A stretch of 64,000 bases of DNA from assembly GCA_963665125.2 (NCBI GenBank), contig CAXXUK010000002.1, forward strand, positions 832,001-896,000, given 5' to 3'. A program made the translations under genes and the position numbers. Below the pieces are notes generated by a model that saw only the letters and a list, made by a program, of their open reading frames with translations, did no database searches and was not told the DNA's origin. This DNA comes from an uncultured Desulfarculus sp. (GTDB taxonomy: Bacteria > Desulfobacterota > Desulfarculia > Desulfarculales > Desulfarculaceae). This document shows, one piece after another, positions 1-8,157 of the stretch. Position 1 is the first letter of the stretch. Every line of letters begins with the position of its first letter.

Positions 1-478
1 CGATGGCCGCGCCCACGAGGTCGTAGAAGTACAGGCGGTGGACTTTTTTGCCCTCGCCCGAGAGCAGGATGGTGATGGCTATTCCGGCAAAGAAAAACGG
101 CAGGATCAGCGAGACATAGATGAGCAGCAGATAGAACCAGTTGATGATCTTGTTGAACTCGCCCACCACCAGGGGCACGTTGATGATCACCACCAGGCTG
201 GCCACGATGAACAGGGCGAACAACAGCGAAAGCAACGGCACATGTTGTCTGCCCAGGTGGAAGCGCCGCTGGCCGGCCAGGGACATGAACACCCCGGCCA
301 GGCCCATGCCGAACAGGGCCGTGGAAACGATCATGAAGGCGTAGTTGGACCAGATGACAAAAGAGAAAATGCGGGTCAGGGTCACTTCGTATAGAAGCAT
401 GCCCATGGCCAAGAGGAAGATGCCCGCGAAATCAGAGAAGTTGCTCGCGCGGCTGGTGTCCATTTTCAGATTCGGCAT
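1..478 (-). CDS. Polytopic membrane protein, spermidine-synthase-like/SAM-methyltransferase fusion family N-terminal domain (partial, runs off window start)
   Basis: My translation of the minus strand from ATG at 478: MPNLKMDTSRASNFSDFAGIFLLAMGMLLYEVTLTRIFSFVIWSNYAFMIVSTALFGMGLAG...LPFFFAGIAITILL...VHRLYFYDLVGAAI. The 'YEVxLTRxFS', 'PFFFAG' and 'LYxxDLxGA' patterns are typical of this family. Not in the ORF track because no stop falls inside the window. Confidence 0.7.
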   Translation of the reverse strand, partial: MPNLKMDTSRASNFSDFAGIFLLAMGMLLYEVTLTRIFSFVIWSNYAFMIVSTALFGMGLAGVFMSLAGQRRFHLGRQHVPLLSLLFALFIVASLVVIINVPLVVGEFNKIINWFYLLLIYVSLILPFFFAGIAITILLSGEGKKVHRLYFYDLVGAAI

Positions 479-756
479 TAATTTATCCCGAGGCGCCTGT
501 TCGGCGCTTTTTGGAAGCATTGTTTTATGGCAGGCTTAAAGCCTTTGTCCGGGGCTGAATCAGGACTTGCCGACCCTGCCCATCCGAAATGCCCATCCTA
601 CTGGCTAAGGCGTATTTTGGCAAGATAATTAGCCATGTTGAACCGCTCGTGGCGGCCCATAAAAAAACGCCGCGGCCCAGGCCGGGCCACGGCGAAAGAT
701 GAGGGGGAAGCGGCTTGAAGGGTCGGGGCGGTCCGTTAACCGGCCCCGCCCTGATG

Positions 757-2805
757 TTACGGAGTGACGATGTTGAATTTGCCCTCGGGCTTTTCGATCA
801 AACGCAGGAAGCCTATCAGATCCATTTTGCTGCCGTCGGTCTCCAACTCGTCGGAAAAGACCATGTCCTTGATGCCCACCTTGCCCACCAGCATGTCCAC
901 GAACAGACCGTGGGTGATCTTGATGGAGGCGTTGGCCTTGGGGTCCGGGGCGGCCCTGCGGTGATGCAGCACCGAGTTTTCCAGGGTCAGGACATAGCTT
1001 TCGTTGAGGTCGGTGAAGGTGACGTTGATGGTCAGATCCTTACCCTCGGCGTCGGGTCCGTTGAGGCGTGCGGCCATGGAATCGAAGAAACGCTCCACGG
1101 GCGTCTGTTTGATCAGGTCAATGGCGTCGAGCATGTTGACTCCGCGCTCGGGAGGACCTAGGCGCAGCTCCCGGGCGGCGGTGAGGTATTCGTTGCGCCA
1201 CACCCCGGATTCGGCCTGGTAGGCCATCTGCTCATAGGTCTTGGCCAACATCTCCTTGGCCTGCTGGTTGTCCGGGTCGGCGAAGACAACATGATTCAGG
1301 ACCTCGGCCACGAAGCGGTAGTCGCCTTGGTTGAAGGATTCCTGGGCCTTTTTCAACACCGCGTCCGCGCCGCCCATGTATTGCATGTAGCGCTTGGCCG
1401 ACTCCACCGGCGGCAGGGGGTTGAGGTTGGCCGGGTTGCCGTCATACCAGCCGAAGTAGAATTGGTACACCGCCTTGGAGTTGTGGCTCAGGGTGCCGTA
1501 GTAGCCCCGGTTGGCGAAGTATTTGGACAGGGATTCCGGAAGCTTTATCTCCTCGGCGATTTCCCTGGGCGTCAGACCCAGGTTGGCCAGGCGCACGGTC
1601 TGGTCGTGGATGTATTTGTAGAGGTCGCGTTGCTTTTTCAGGAACTCCACCACCTTCGCGTTGCCCCAGATGGGCCAGTGATGGCAGCCGAAATAGATGT
1701 CCGCGTCGCCGAACAACTGCAGGGCCTGGTCGATGTAGTTGCTCCACAACAGGGCGTTGCGCACCTTGGCCCCGCGCAGGGTGTAGAGGTTGTGCATGTT
1801 GCGGGAGACGACTTCGGCCCCGCAAAAGGTCTTCTTTTCGGGCAGGTAAAAGGTCAGCTCGGCTGGGGCCTCTGATTCCGGGGTGTATTGGAATACGAAC
1901 TTGACGCCGTCGATGACCATTTCCTGGGGCGTGTGGTCCACGATGGTGTTGGGCTGGGCGATGCCGTAGCTGCCGTGGGCGGGGACCTTGCCCAGGCCGC
2001 TGCCCACGTGGCCGGTGTTGCTCGGTTGCAGCGTCCGGCCGAACTGGTAGACGGCCCGGCGGCCCATGGCCGTTCCGGCGATGAGGTTTTCGCTGGTTGC
2101 TTCGTGCATAAAGCCCTTGGGGGCCACGATCTTGATGTTACCGCCCTTGATGTCTTGGTCCGAGAGCACCCCCAGGGCCCCACCGAAGTGGTCGATGTGG
2201 GTGTGGGTGAAGATGACGGCCCTGATGGGTTTGTCGCCCAGTTGCTTGCGGGCAAAGGCCAGGGCCGCGGCCGCGGTCTCCTTGGTGGTCAGCGGATCGA
2301 TGATGATCCAGCCGGTCTTGCCCTCGATGATGCTCATGTTGGCCAGGTCAAAGCCCCGCAGCTGGTAGACGCCGTCGGTGACCTTGAACAGGCCGTGGAT
2401 GTTGTTGAGCTGGCCTTGGCGCCACAGGCTGGGGTTCACCGTGGCCGGGGCCGGGCCCTGCATGAACTTGTAGGCCTCCATGTCCCAGGCGGTTGTGTCC
2501 CTGGGACCCTTGATCTTCATCGGTTCCATGGTGGCGATAAGGCCCTTGCGGGCCTGCTCAAAGTCCTGTTGGTCGGCCAGGGGCAGGTGCTGGGCCATTG
2601 TGGCGTTGTGTTCCAGCGTTGCCGAGGTGGCTGTGCCCTTGCCCTGATACTTGACGTCTTCGGCCGGGCCGCCGCAACCCGACAGCAGCATGGACATTGA
2701 TCCCGCCCCTGCCACCGAAGCACTGGCGGCCACTGCCAACGCAACTTTGGACCCTGTCGAACAGCGGTCCAGGAACTCACGCCTAGATATGTTTTTCTTT
2801 GCCAT
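757..2805 (-). CDS. Alkyl sulfatase (SdsA1/BDS1-type metallo-beta-lactamase fold with dimerisation and SCP2-like C-terminal domains), Tat-exported, probably a lipoprotein
   Basis: THTHIDHFGG metal motif; NPSLWRQ, HNLYTLRGAKVR, HHWP, RGYYG and WYDGNPANL motifs; N-terminal SRREFL twin-arginine signal and LLSGC lipobox. Confidence 0.9.
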   Translation of the reverse strand: MAKKNISRREFLDRCSTGSKVALAVAASASVAGAGSMSMLLSGCGGPAEDVKYQGKGTATSATLEHNATMAQHLPLADQQDFEQARKGLIATMEPMKIKGPRDTTAWDMEAYKFMQGPAPATVNPSLWRQGQLNNIHGLFKVTDGVYQLRGFDLANMSIIEGKTGWIIIDPLTTKETAAAALAFARKQLGDKPIRAVIFTHTHIDHFGGALGVLSDQDIKGGNIKIVAPKGFMHEATSENLIAGTAMGRRAVYQFGRTLQPSNTGHVGSGLGKVPAHGSYGIAQPNTIVDHTPQEMVIDGVKFVFQYTPESEAPAELTFYLPEKKTFCGAEVVSRNMHNLYTLRGAKVRNALLWSNYIDQALQLFGDADIYFGCHHWPIWGNAKVVEFLKKQRDLYKYIHDQTVRLANLGLTPREIAEEIKLPESLSKYFANRGYYGTLSHNSKAVYQFYFGWYDGNPANLNPLPPVESAKRYMQYMGGADAVLKKAQESFNQGDYRFVAEVLNHVVFADPDNQQAKEMLAKTYEQMAYQAESGVWRNEYLTAARELRLGPPERGVNMLDAIDLIKQTPVERFFDSMAARLNGPDAEGKDLTINVTFTDLNESYVLTLENSVLHHRRAAPDPKANASIKITHGLFVDMLVGKVGIKDMVFSDELETDGSKMDLIGFLRLIEKPEGKFNIVTP

Positions 2806-3199
2806 ATCGTCTCCTAATTATATGTTTTAATAGTTAAAACAATAAGCAATGCCCGCATAATGTTGACGGGCGTGCATCCCGCCCCTGTGCTTGAGTTCCG
2901 CAGCCCACCAGGAAGAACAGCACCAAAGACGGCATCGCGGTATAACGGTTAAGGAATGACGGCGTGGGCCATATTGAGATCACGAAATAGAGTAAAGAGT
3001 CTAAAGTCTAATTGTCAAGCGTCTATATGACCCTTGTTTGCAAATTTATTATGCGCCAAGTGACTTGTCGTAATCAGGGAAAGCTGGCCGGTTTGGCCGA
3101 ATGCGAAAAAAGCGCCGCCGCCCGCGCCCCCGGACGGCGGCAATGCCGATGGATTCAGTTTTCGCTACGGGCGGCGAATGAACATGAAATAGCAGCCGG

Positions 3200-4252
3200 T
3201 TATATCTCGCTTTCGACCACATGAAAACTGATGGTCGAGGCAGTGGTCTTGCTGCGGCCCATGAAGAGCATCACCCCGATCCACAGGGCCTGGAGACAAA
3301 GCAGCATGCCGGGGCTCCATATGGACTCCAGGCCAAGGGCCAGGCTGGGCAATGTCTGGGGCGCGGCTGGGAAGATGAACGGCATGGCGCAGCCGTAGGG
3401 GATCGAGGCCAGGGCCATCCACTGGTAGGCGCTGAGCCTGCCGCCGCCGCGGTAGTCCGAGCGCAGGAATTCGGAGAGAGCCCGCCAGCCCCCGGTAACG
3501 GTGACACCCACCCACACGGCCACATCGTAGCGGCCCGCCAGGAACAGGTAGAGGCAGGCCAGCCCGCAGGTCACCAGGATCAGCGAGGTGACGGCCTGGA
3601 TCGGGAAAACGGGTCTGCCCTCCCAGCCGTTTTCATAGGCGATCTTTTTGGTCTGTCCCCGGAAAATAAAGCCTTTGTGGCCCACAACGGCCCGGAGCCA
3701 GCCCGGGCACTGATCCATGGGTTTGCCGTAGCAGCAGCCGAAGCTGATGCAGGCAAGGCGGCCCAGACCCTCGCCCATGGCGTAGGCCGCCACCAGGGCC
3801 GCCAGCACGGGCAGCACCTGCAGGCCGGGCCCGTCGCCGCCGGGGAAGGCTCGCCTGACCACCAGGGTCAGCCAGGGGGCGATGATCAGGCCCACGAACG
3901 ATGCTCCGCCCACGGTGAAGGTGGCGGGTTTGTTTTCCACCCAGCGGGCCACCAGCCGGGAGGCCGGGGCGCATACCGAAAGCAGGGGCAGGGAAAAGCA
4001 GACTATGGCCAGCATGGAGATGCCCACCGAACGCAGCATGATAACCAGGACGGCCGCGGCCAGGGCATAGGCCGTGGCCGAGAAAAAGCCGTAGTAGGTC
4101 AGGTTTAGGCCGTGCCAAACGCCGCCGCCGGTTTTGGACAGGGGCACGCTGGCCATGATCTGCCAGCGTTCGCCGGGAAGGTGGCGGCAGGCCCAGGTTA
4201 TTAAAACGGCGTAGGCGAGGCCGAGTCCCAACACGAAAAAAACATTTGCCAT
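3200..4252 (-). CDS. Divergent prolipoprotein diacylglyceryl transferase (Lgt)-family membrane protein
   Basis: Multiple TM helices; GRLACISFGCCYG (Lgt 'GRxGCxxxGCCxG' type), PVFPIQ and WRALSEFLR motifs; start placed at MANVFF (ATG 4252) behind AGGAG. Confidence 0.7.
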   Translation of the reverse strand: MANVFFVLGLGLAYAVLITWACRHLPGERWQIMASVPLSKTGGGVWHGLNLTYYGFFSATAYALAAAVLVIMLRSVGISMLAIVCFSLPLLSVCAPASRLVARWVENKPATFTVGGASFVGLIIAPWLTLVVRRAFPGGDGPGLQVLPVLAALVAAYAMGEGLGRLACISFGCCYGKPMDQCPGWLRAVVGHKGFIFRGQTKKIAYENGWEGRPVFPIQAVTSLILVTCGLACLYLFLAGRYDVAVWVGVTVTGGWRALSEFLRSDYRGGGRLSAYQWMALASIPYGCAMPFIFPAAPQTLPSLALGLESIWSPGMLLCLQALWIGVMLFMGRSKTTASTISFHVVESEI

Positions 4253-4280
4253 AACTATAGAAACGTCTCCTTGATGAGGA

Positions 4281-5294
4281 TCAATTGCCCTTGGCGGAGG
4301 CAATGGTGGAGCGGACCATGACGTCGGTCTCCACCAGGGGCCTGTTGAATCCACTGCTGAAGCGGCTGGACACGTCGCTGCGCTGCTGGGCCTCCACGAT
4401 GTCGGGGGCGAAATCGACCCTGCCAGGCTGGAACAACAGCACCACCGTGGAACTGCCTGGCCGGAACAGGCTCTTGGGCCTGCCTTTTCTCAGCATCATG
4501 CCCGGTTCGCAGGGCCGGGGATCGTCGTAGCCTTCATCGCTGTAGCAACTGACGATGCCGCCGACCATCAGGGCCACCACCTCGACCATGGCCACCAGGC
4601 CGCAGCGGGTGCCGCCCTTGGTGTCGGTGTCGATGACCGTCACCACCCGACGGTTTTTGCTGTAGGGCGTCACCAGACTGACCACCGCCGTGGGGTTGCA
4701 GGAATTGTAGGCCCCGTCGATCTCGTAATAGTCGATGACCCGTCCGGCCACCGGGGTGTGGTTGTAGTGGTATTTATCCGGGGTCAGGCGGAATACGGCG
4801 TAGTCTCCGCGGCTGAAGGCCCGCAGCCAGCGGGTCTTGGTTCCGCCCACCAATTCCTGGTACCCGAAGAATTTGTCCTTGAGGAACAACATTGATTCAT
4901 TGTCCAGCGAGCCCATGAGCATGCGCGAGTCGGACGGCGAAACCACCGCGCCCGGAACATCGCTCATGGGGCGGCAATCCCAATAGCGGATCTTGCGCTC
5001 GAAGACCTTGCGGGCCGTGCCCAGGCTGTCGGGGTCGTCCAGACATTCGGCCGGGTCGGCGCCCCAGCTTTCCAGCATCCGGCGGCCGGATTTCAGCTTT
5101 GAGCCGAGCACCGTGTCGTAGTTCAGGTAGCCCAACAGGCTAGAGGCCCTGGAGCTGGTCAGCGAACGAAAGACGCCGCCGGTGTCTTCCCGGCCCGGAT
5201 GATAGAGCCACTCCACGAAACGGTCGCCGACGAGTTGTTCGTCTCGCACCCGGCCCGTGGACCGGTCAATGTACTGGTGCTGAGATGGGGGCAT
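4281..5294 (-). CDS. Phosphatidylserine decarboxylase-family proenzyme (pyruvoyl-dependent)
   Basis: SPSDSR, FRLTPDKYHYNHTP and FRPGSSTVVLLF (GS/S self-cleavage site) motifs; overlaps the 3' end of the upstream gene. Confidence 0.85.
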   Translation of the reverse strand: MPPSQHQYIDRSTGRVRDEQLVGDRFVEWLYHPGREDTGGVFRSLTSSRASSLLGYLNYDTVLGSKLKSGRRMLESWGADPAECLDDPDSLGTARKVFERKIRYWDCRPMSDVPGAVVSPSDSRMLMGSLDNESMLFLKDKFFGYQELVGGTKTRWLRAFSRGDYAVFRLTPDKYHYNHTPVAGRVIDYYEIDGAYNSCNPTAVVSLVTPYSKNRRVVTVIDTDTKGGTRCGLVAMVEVVALMVGGIVSCYSDEGYDDPRPCEPGMMLRKGRPKSLFRPGSSTVVLLFQPGRVDFAPDIVEAQQRSDVSSRFSSGFNRPLVETDVMVRSTIASAKGN

Positions 5295-7716
5295 TGTTTA
5301 CCTCGTCAAAAGGGTGGGGCACCACCTTGTCCTGGTGACGGCCCGCGTCGATATGCGCCGCGATCAACAACAGGTTGACCAGACGGGTGATGTCCTCGTT
5401 TGTCAGTGACTGGGCCAGCGTTTTGGCGCGCATGCTTTCCAACAGCGTCCGGGGGGATATGCCGCTCAGGGCATGGTCCAAGGCCCGGGCCACCAACGGG
5501 TCGGCGCAGGCCCTGGTCAAAACGTCTTTTTCCAGGCCCCGGCCCACCAGGTCAAAGGCCTCGTTGACGTGCTTGATGCGCAGTTCGTCGCGGTAATATT
5601 TTTCAGCGGCGGCGTTGAACTCCCTGGGCGGGACCTTCAGCGGATCGTCGGCCCGGAAACCACCCATGACGCCCTTGACCAGACGCCCGGAGGCCGTGTC
5701 CTGGGGATATTTCAGGCGCATGCGCAGGTCCCGGATCGTTTCGCCCAGGGCCATGGATTCGATTAGCGCCGCGCCTTCCCGCTGGATCAGCTTCAACAGG
5801 GCCTCGCGGTATTGCCAGTGACGGACCCTGATATAGCCCGGATAGCGGCGGCTGGGCCGCACGCCCCGGGTGTCTTCCAGGATCATCCGCAGCAGCAGGT
5901 TGCCCGTGTCTGCCCTCACGAAGAAGGTGGGCAGGCCGATGGCCGCGCCAAAGAATATCTGGCGGCGTTCGCTCTCGGTCTGGGGGTCGTCGGGGATGTG
6001 GGCGTGATCCAGGGCGCCCTTGGCGATGAAGTGGAAGGCCAGGGCCGTAAGCAGGCACTGCATGTCCACGGCATTGCCCAGGTCGTTTTCCAGGCTTTCG
6101 AATAGGCTGTAGTGCCTGCCCTCGAAGCCGGAAAAACCCATGGCCGCGAATTCGCGCTGACGGTGGAGCATGTACGGAGGCATGCGGGGGTCAAACACGC
6201 TTAGCTGGGCCAGGTCCTGCTTGAGGCGGTCCAGGTTGCCGGGCCTGCCGTCCAGGGCCGGGCTCTGGTGGGTGCTCATCACCGCGGCCATGTAATCGAT
6301 GAGCCGGAAATCGGGCAGGATGTCGCCCCGCAGGCCGAAGGCCTTGGCCAGGGCCCGGTCCAGCAGCGGCGGCCCGAAGGGCGTCAGGCGCAGGCCAAAC
6401 GGCCGCAACTTGAGCGAAGCCTTTTTCTTCCAGCGCCGCCAGATCATCCGCAAATGGGTGTAATCCAATTCATAAGGCAAAAAGCTCAGCACCCGCTCGG
6501 GGTGGAAGTCGTGAAAACCCAGCCGGTAGGGCGCGGCGCTGTAGGTGCTCACGAACAGCGGCAGAAAGTGCTCGATGAACTTGGTGACCAGGTCGCCCAG
6601 GTATTTTTCGTGGCTGTGGTTGAAACGGTTGTCTCCGGCGGCCAGAGCCGCGCTGAGGCGTTTGCTGCCCAGGGTGACGTGGGTGCCGTTGTTGGCCAGG
6701 CTGATGTTGGATGCATTGGGCAGCACCACCAGGTTGTTGGTGATGATTCCGGCCTCGCGCAGACGGGCCACGGCGTTGAGCTGGGCCCTGGAGAGCACCT
6801 TGTGGCACAGGTGCATGTACTGGTGTTTTTGTTCACCCTTGTCCCAGCCCGCCAGACAGGGGTTCATGAAAAGCTGGCGGTAAAAGGCGTCGGTGATGGA
6901 TTCGTTGAGAAGCTTTTGGCGCACCGGCGGGTGGGGCGCGAAGTAGGCCCGCACCCGTTGACCGCATTGGGCCAGGCCCATCTTGCCCTCGGCGTGCATG
7001 GTCAACAGCTGGGTCAATAAAAAGCGCTGGGCCGTTTCCCTGGCCGCGGCCCGGCCCATGCCACTGTCCTTGTGCAGGTCGCTGACATAAAAGCTGAACA
7101 GCTCTGGCGAGGTGTTGTCGCACAGGTAGTGGTCGCAATATTGCAAGCCGATGCGGCGCAGCAATTCGGGCTGGCCCTCCTGGCTGCCGACCACGTCGGT
7201 CAGGGCCAGCTTGAGCAGATAGCTCACCGGCACCCGAAGAAACTCCCGGCCCTGGCGGTGCAGGATGAATTGCGGGGCGTCGGAGCGTTTGCCCACCTCG
7301 GGATGGGCCTTGTCCGCGGAAAGATCGGCCTCAAACGAGGCCTGGGCCAGGGCACAGAGGTTTTCCCTGGGCAGGCGGACCCAACTGTTTTCCCAGATGC
7401 CGTCGGGGTTGTCGCCCAGCCAGTTTTCAAGCTCGGTGATCACCTTCTTGGGCAACTCACCCCGGCTGTGCCGCTTGATGATGTTCTTGAAGTAGTTGGA
7501 ATTTTCTATGGTCTGGGGCAGGTCCACGTCGTGGCGCGAGCCGATGACCACCGCCTGCAACTCGTTTTCGCAGCCGCAGGTGGCGTCGCCGCCGCTAAAA
7601 GGCAGCGTTTGGGCCAGACGCTCGGGACTGGATGAGTCCACGCCGATATCGGCCAGGACCCTTGCCGGAGACTTGCCGCCTCCGTATAGCCATCCGCGAA
7701 GGGGAATGGCGCTCAT
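5266..7716 (-). CDS. Large conserved hypothetical protein, possibly glutamate-cysteine ligase/glutamine synthetase catalytic fold (carboxylate-amine ligase)
   Basis: ~816-aa ORF with AGGAG 7 nt before ATG 7716 (track start 7722); GCENELQ, NNGTHVTLG and FEGRH resemble GCS-type ExE, GxHV and ExR motifs. Function is inference. Confidence 0.5.
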   Translation of the reverse strand: MSAIPLRGWLYGGGKSPARVLADIGVDSSSPERLAQTLPFSGGDATCGCENELQAVVIGSRHDVDLPQTIENSNYFKNIIKRHSRGELPKKVITELENWLGDNPDGIWENSWVRLPRENLCALAQASFEADLSADKAHPEVGKRSDAPQFILHRQGREFLRVPVSYLLKLALTDVVGSQEGQPELLRRIGLQYCDHYLCDNTSPELFSFYVSDLHKDSGMGRAAARETAQRFLLTQLLTMHAEGKMGLAQCGQRVRAYFAPHPPVRQKLLNESITDAFYRQLFMNPCLAGWDKGEQKHQYMHLCHKVLSRAQLNAVARLREAGIITNNLVVLPNASNISLANNGTHVTLGSKRLSAALAAGDNRFNHSHEKYLGDLVTKFIEHFLPLFVSTYSAAPYRLGFHDFHPERVLSFLPYELDYTHLRMIWRRWKKKASLKLRPFGLRLTPFGPPLLDRALAKAFGLRGDILPDFRLIDYMAAVMSTHQSPALDGRPGNLDRLKQDLAQLSVFDPRMPPYMLHRQREFAAMGFSGFEGRHYSLFESLENDLGNAVDMQCLLTALAFHFIAKGALDHAHIPDDPQTESERRQIFFGAAIGLPTFFVRADTGNLLLRMILEDTRGVRPSRRYPGYIRVRHWQYREALLKLIQREGAALIESMALGETIRDLRMRLKYPQDTASGRLVKGVMGGFRADDPLKVPPREFNAAAEKYYRDELRIKHVNEAFDLVGRGLEKDVLTRACADPLVARALDHALSGISPRTLLESMRAKTLAQSLTNEDITRLVNLLLIAAHIDAGRHQDKVVPHPFDEVNNAPISAPVH

Positions 7717-7842
7717 GGACATCTCCTGTTCGGGTTAACCCGCTGTTTTATAGAGACACTGTTGTAAAACTGGCCTGGGCCGCCGGAGTGCGGGTCCGGG
7801 CCTTGCGCCAATGTGACATTATCAAGAGCGCCTTTGGGGTGA

Positions 7843-7880
7843 GTAACGAACGTGTTAATGCCGTGAGAAATTATTGTGAC
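7843..7880 (-). promoter_or_regulatory. Pho-box-like array (four 5-mers at exact 11-bp period)
   Basis: Minus strand GTCAC-N6-TTCTC-N6-TTAAC-N6-GTTAC (units at 7876, 7865, 7854, 7843), plus a further GTCAC at 7813-7817, oriented toward the 7716 gene. Confidence 0.55.
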
Positions 7881-7947
7881 AACGGCGGCGGCTTGTTGCG
7901 GTTTTTCAATTTGGCGTAAAAACAGGATGTTGGACGCTGATTAGTAT

Positions 7948-8157
7948 TTAGGCCGGGGAAGCCGCGAACCAGGACAAGGCCAGGGTCGAGGCCCCGGCCA
8001 GACGGACCAGAAACCTCACCCGCGGATCGATCCCCACGCCTACGTCCCGGCCCTTGATTATGGCCTCTTGTTTGATTTGGCAGGCTTTTTTAAAGATGAA
8101 CACCAGCCAGGCGCCGGTTGACAGCGACATCAACAGCAGCAGTTCGTATGCGCTCAT
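7948..8157 (-). CDS. Small membrane protein, hypothetical
   Basis: ATG at 8157 overlaps the TGA of the upstream gene (ATGA coupling); two hydrophobic segments. Confidence 0.55.
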   Translation of the reverse strand: MSAYELLLLMSLSTGAWLVFIFKKACQIKQEAIIKGRDVGVGIDPRVRFLVRLAGASTLALSWFAASPA

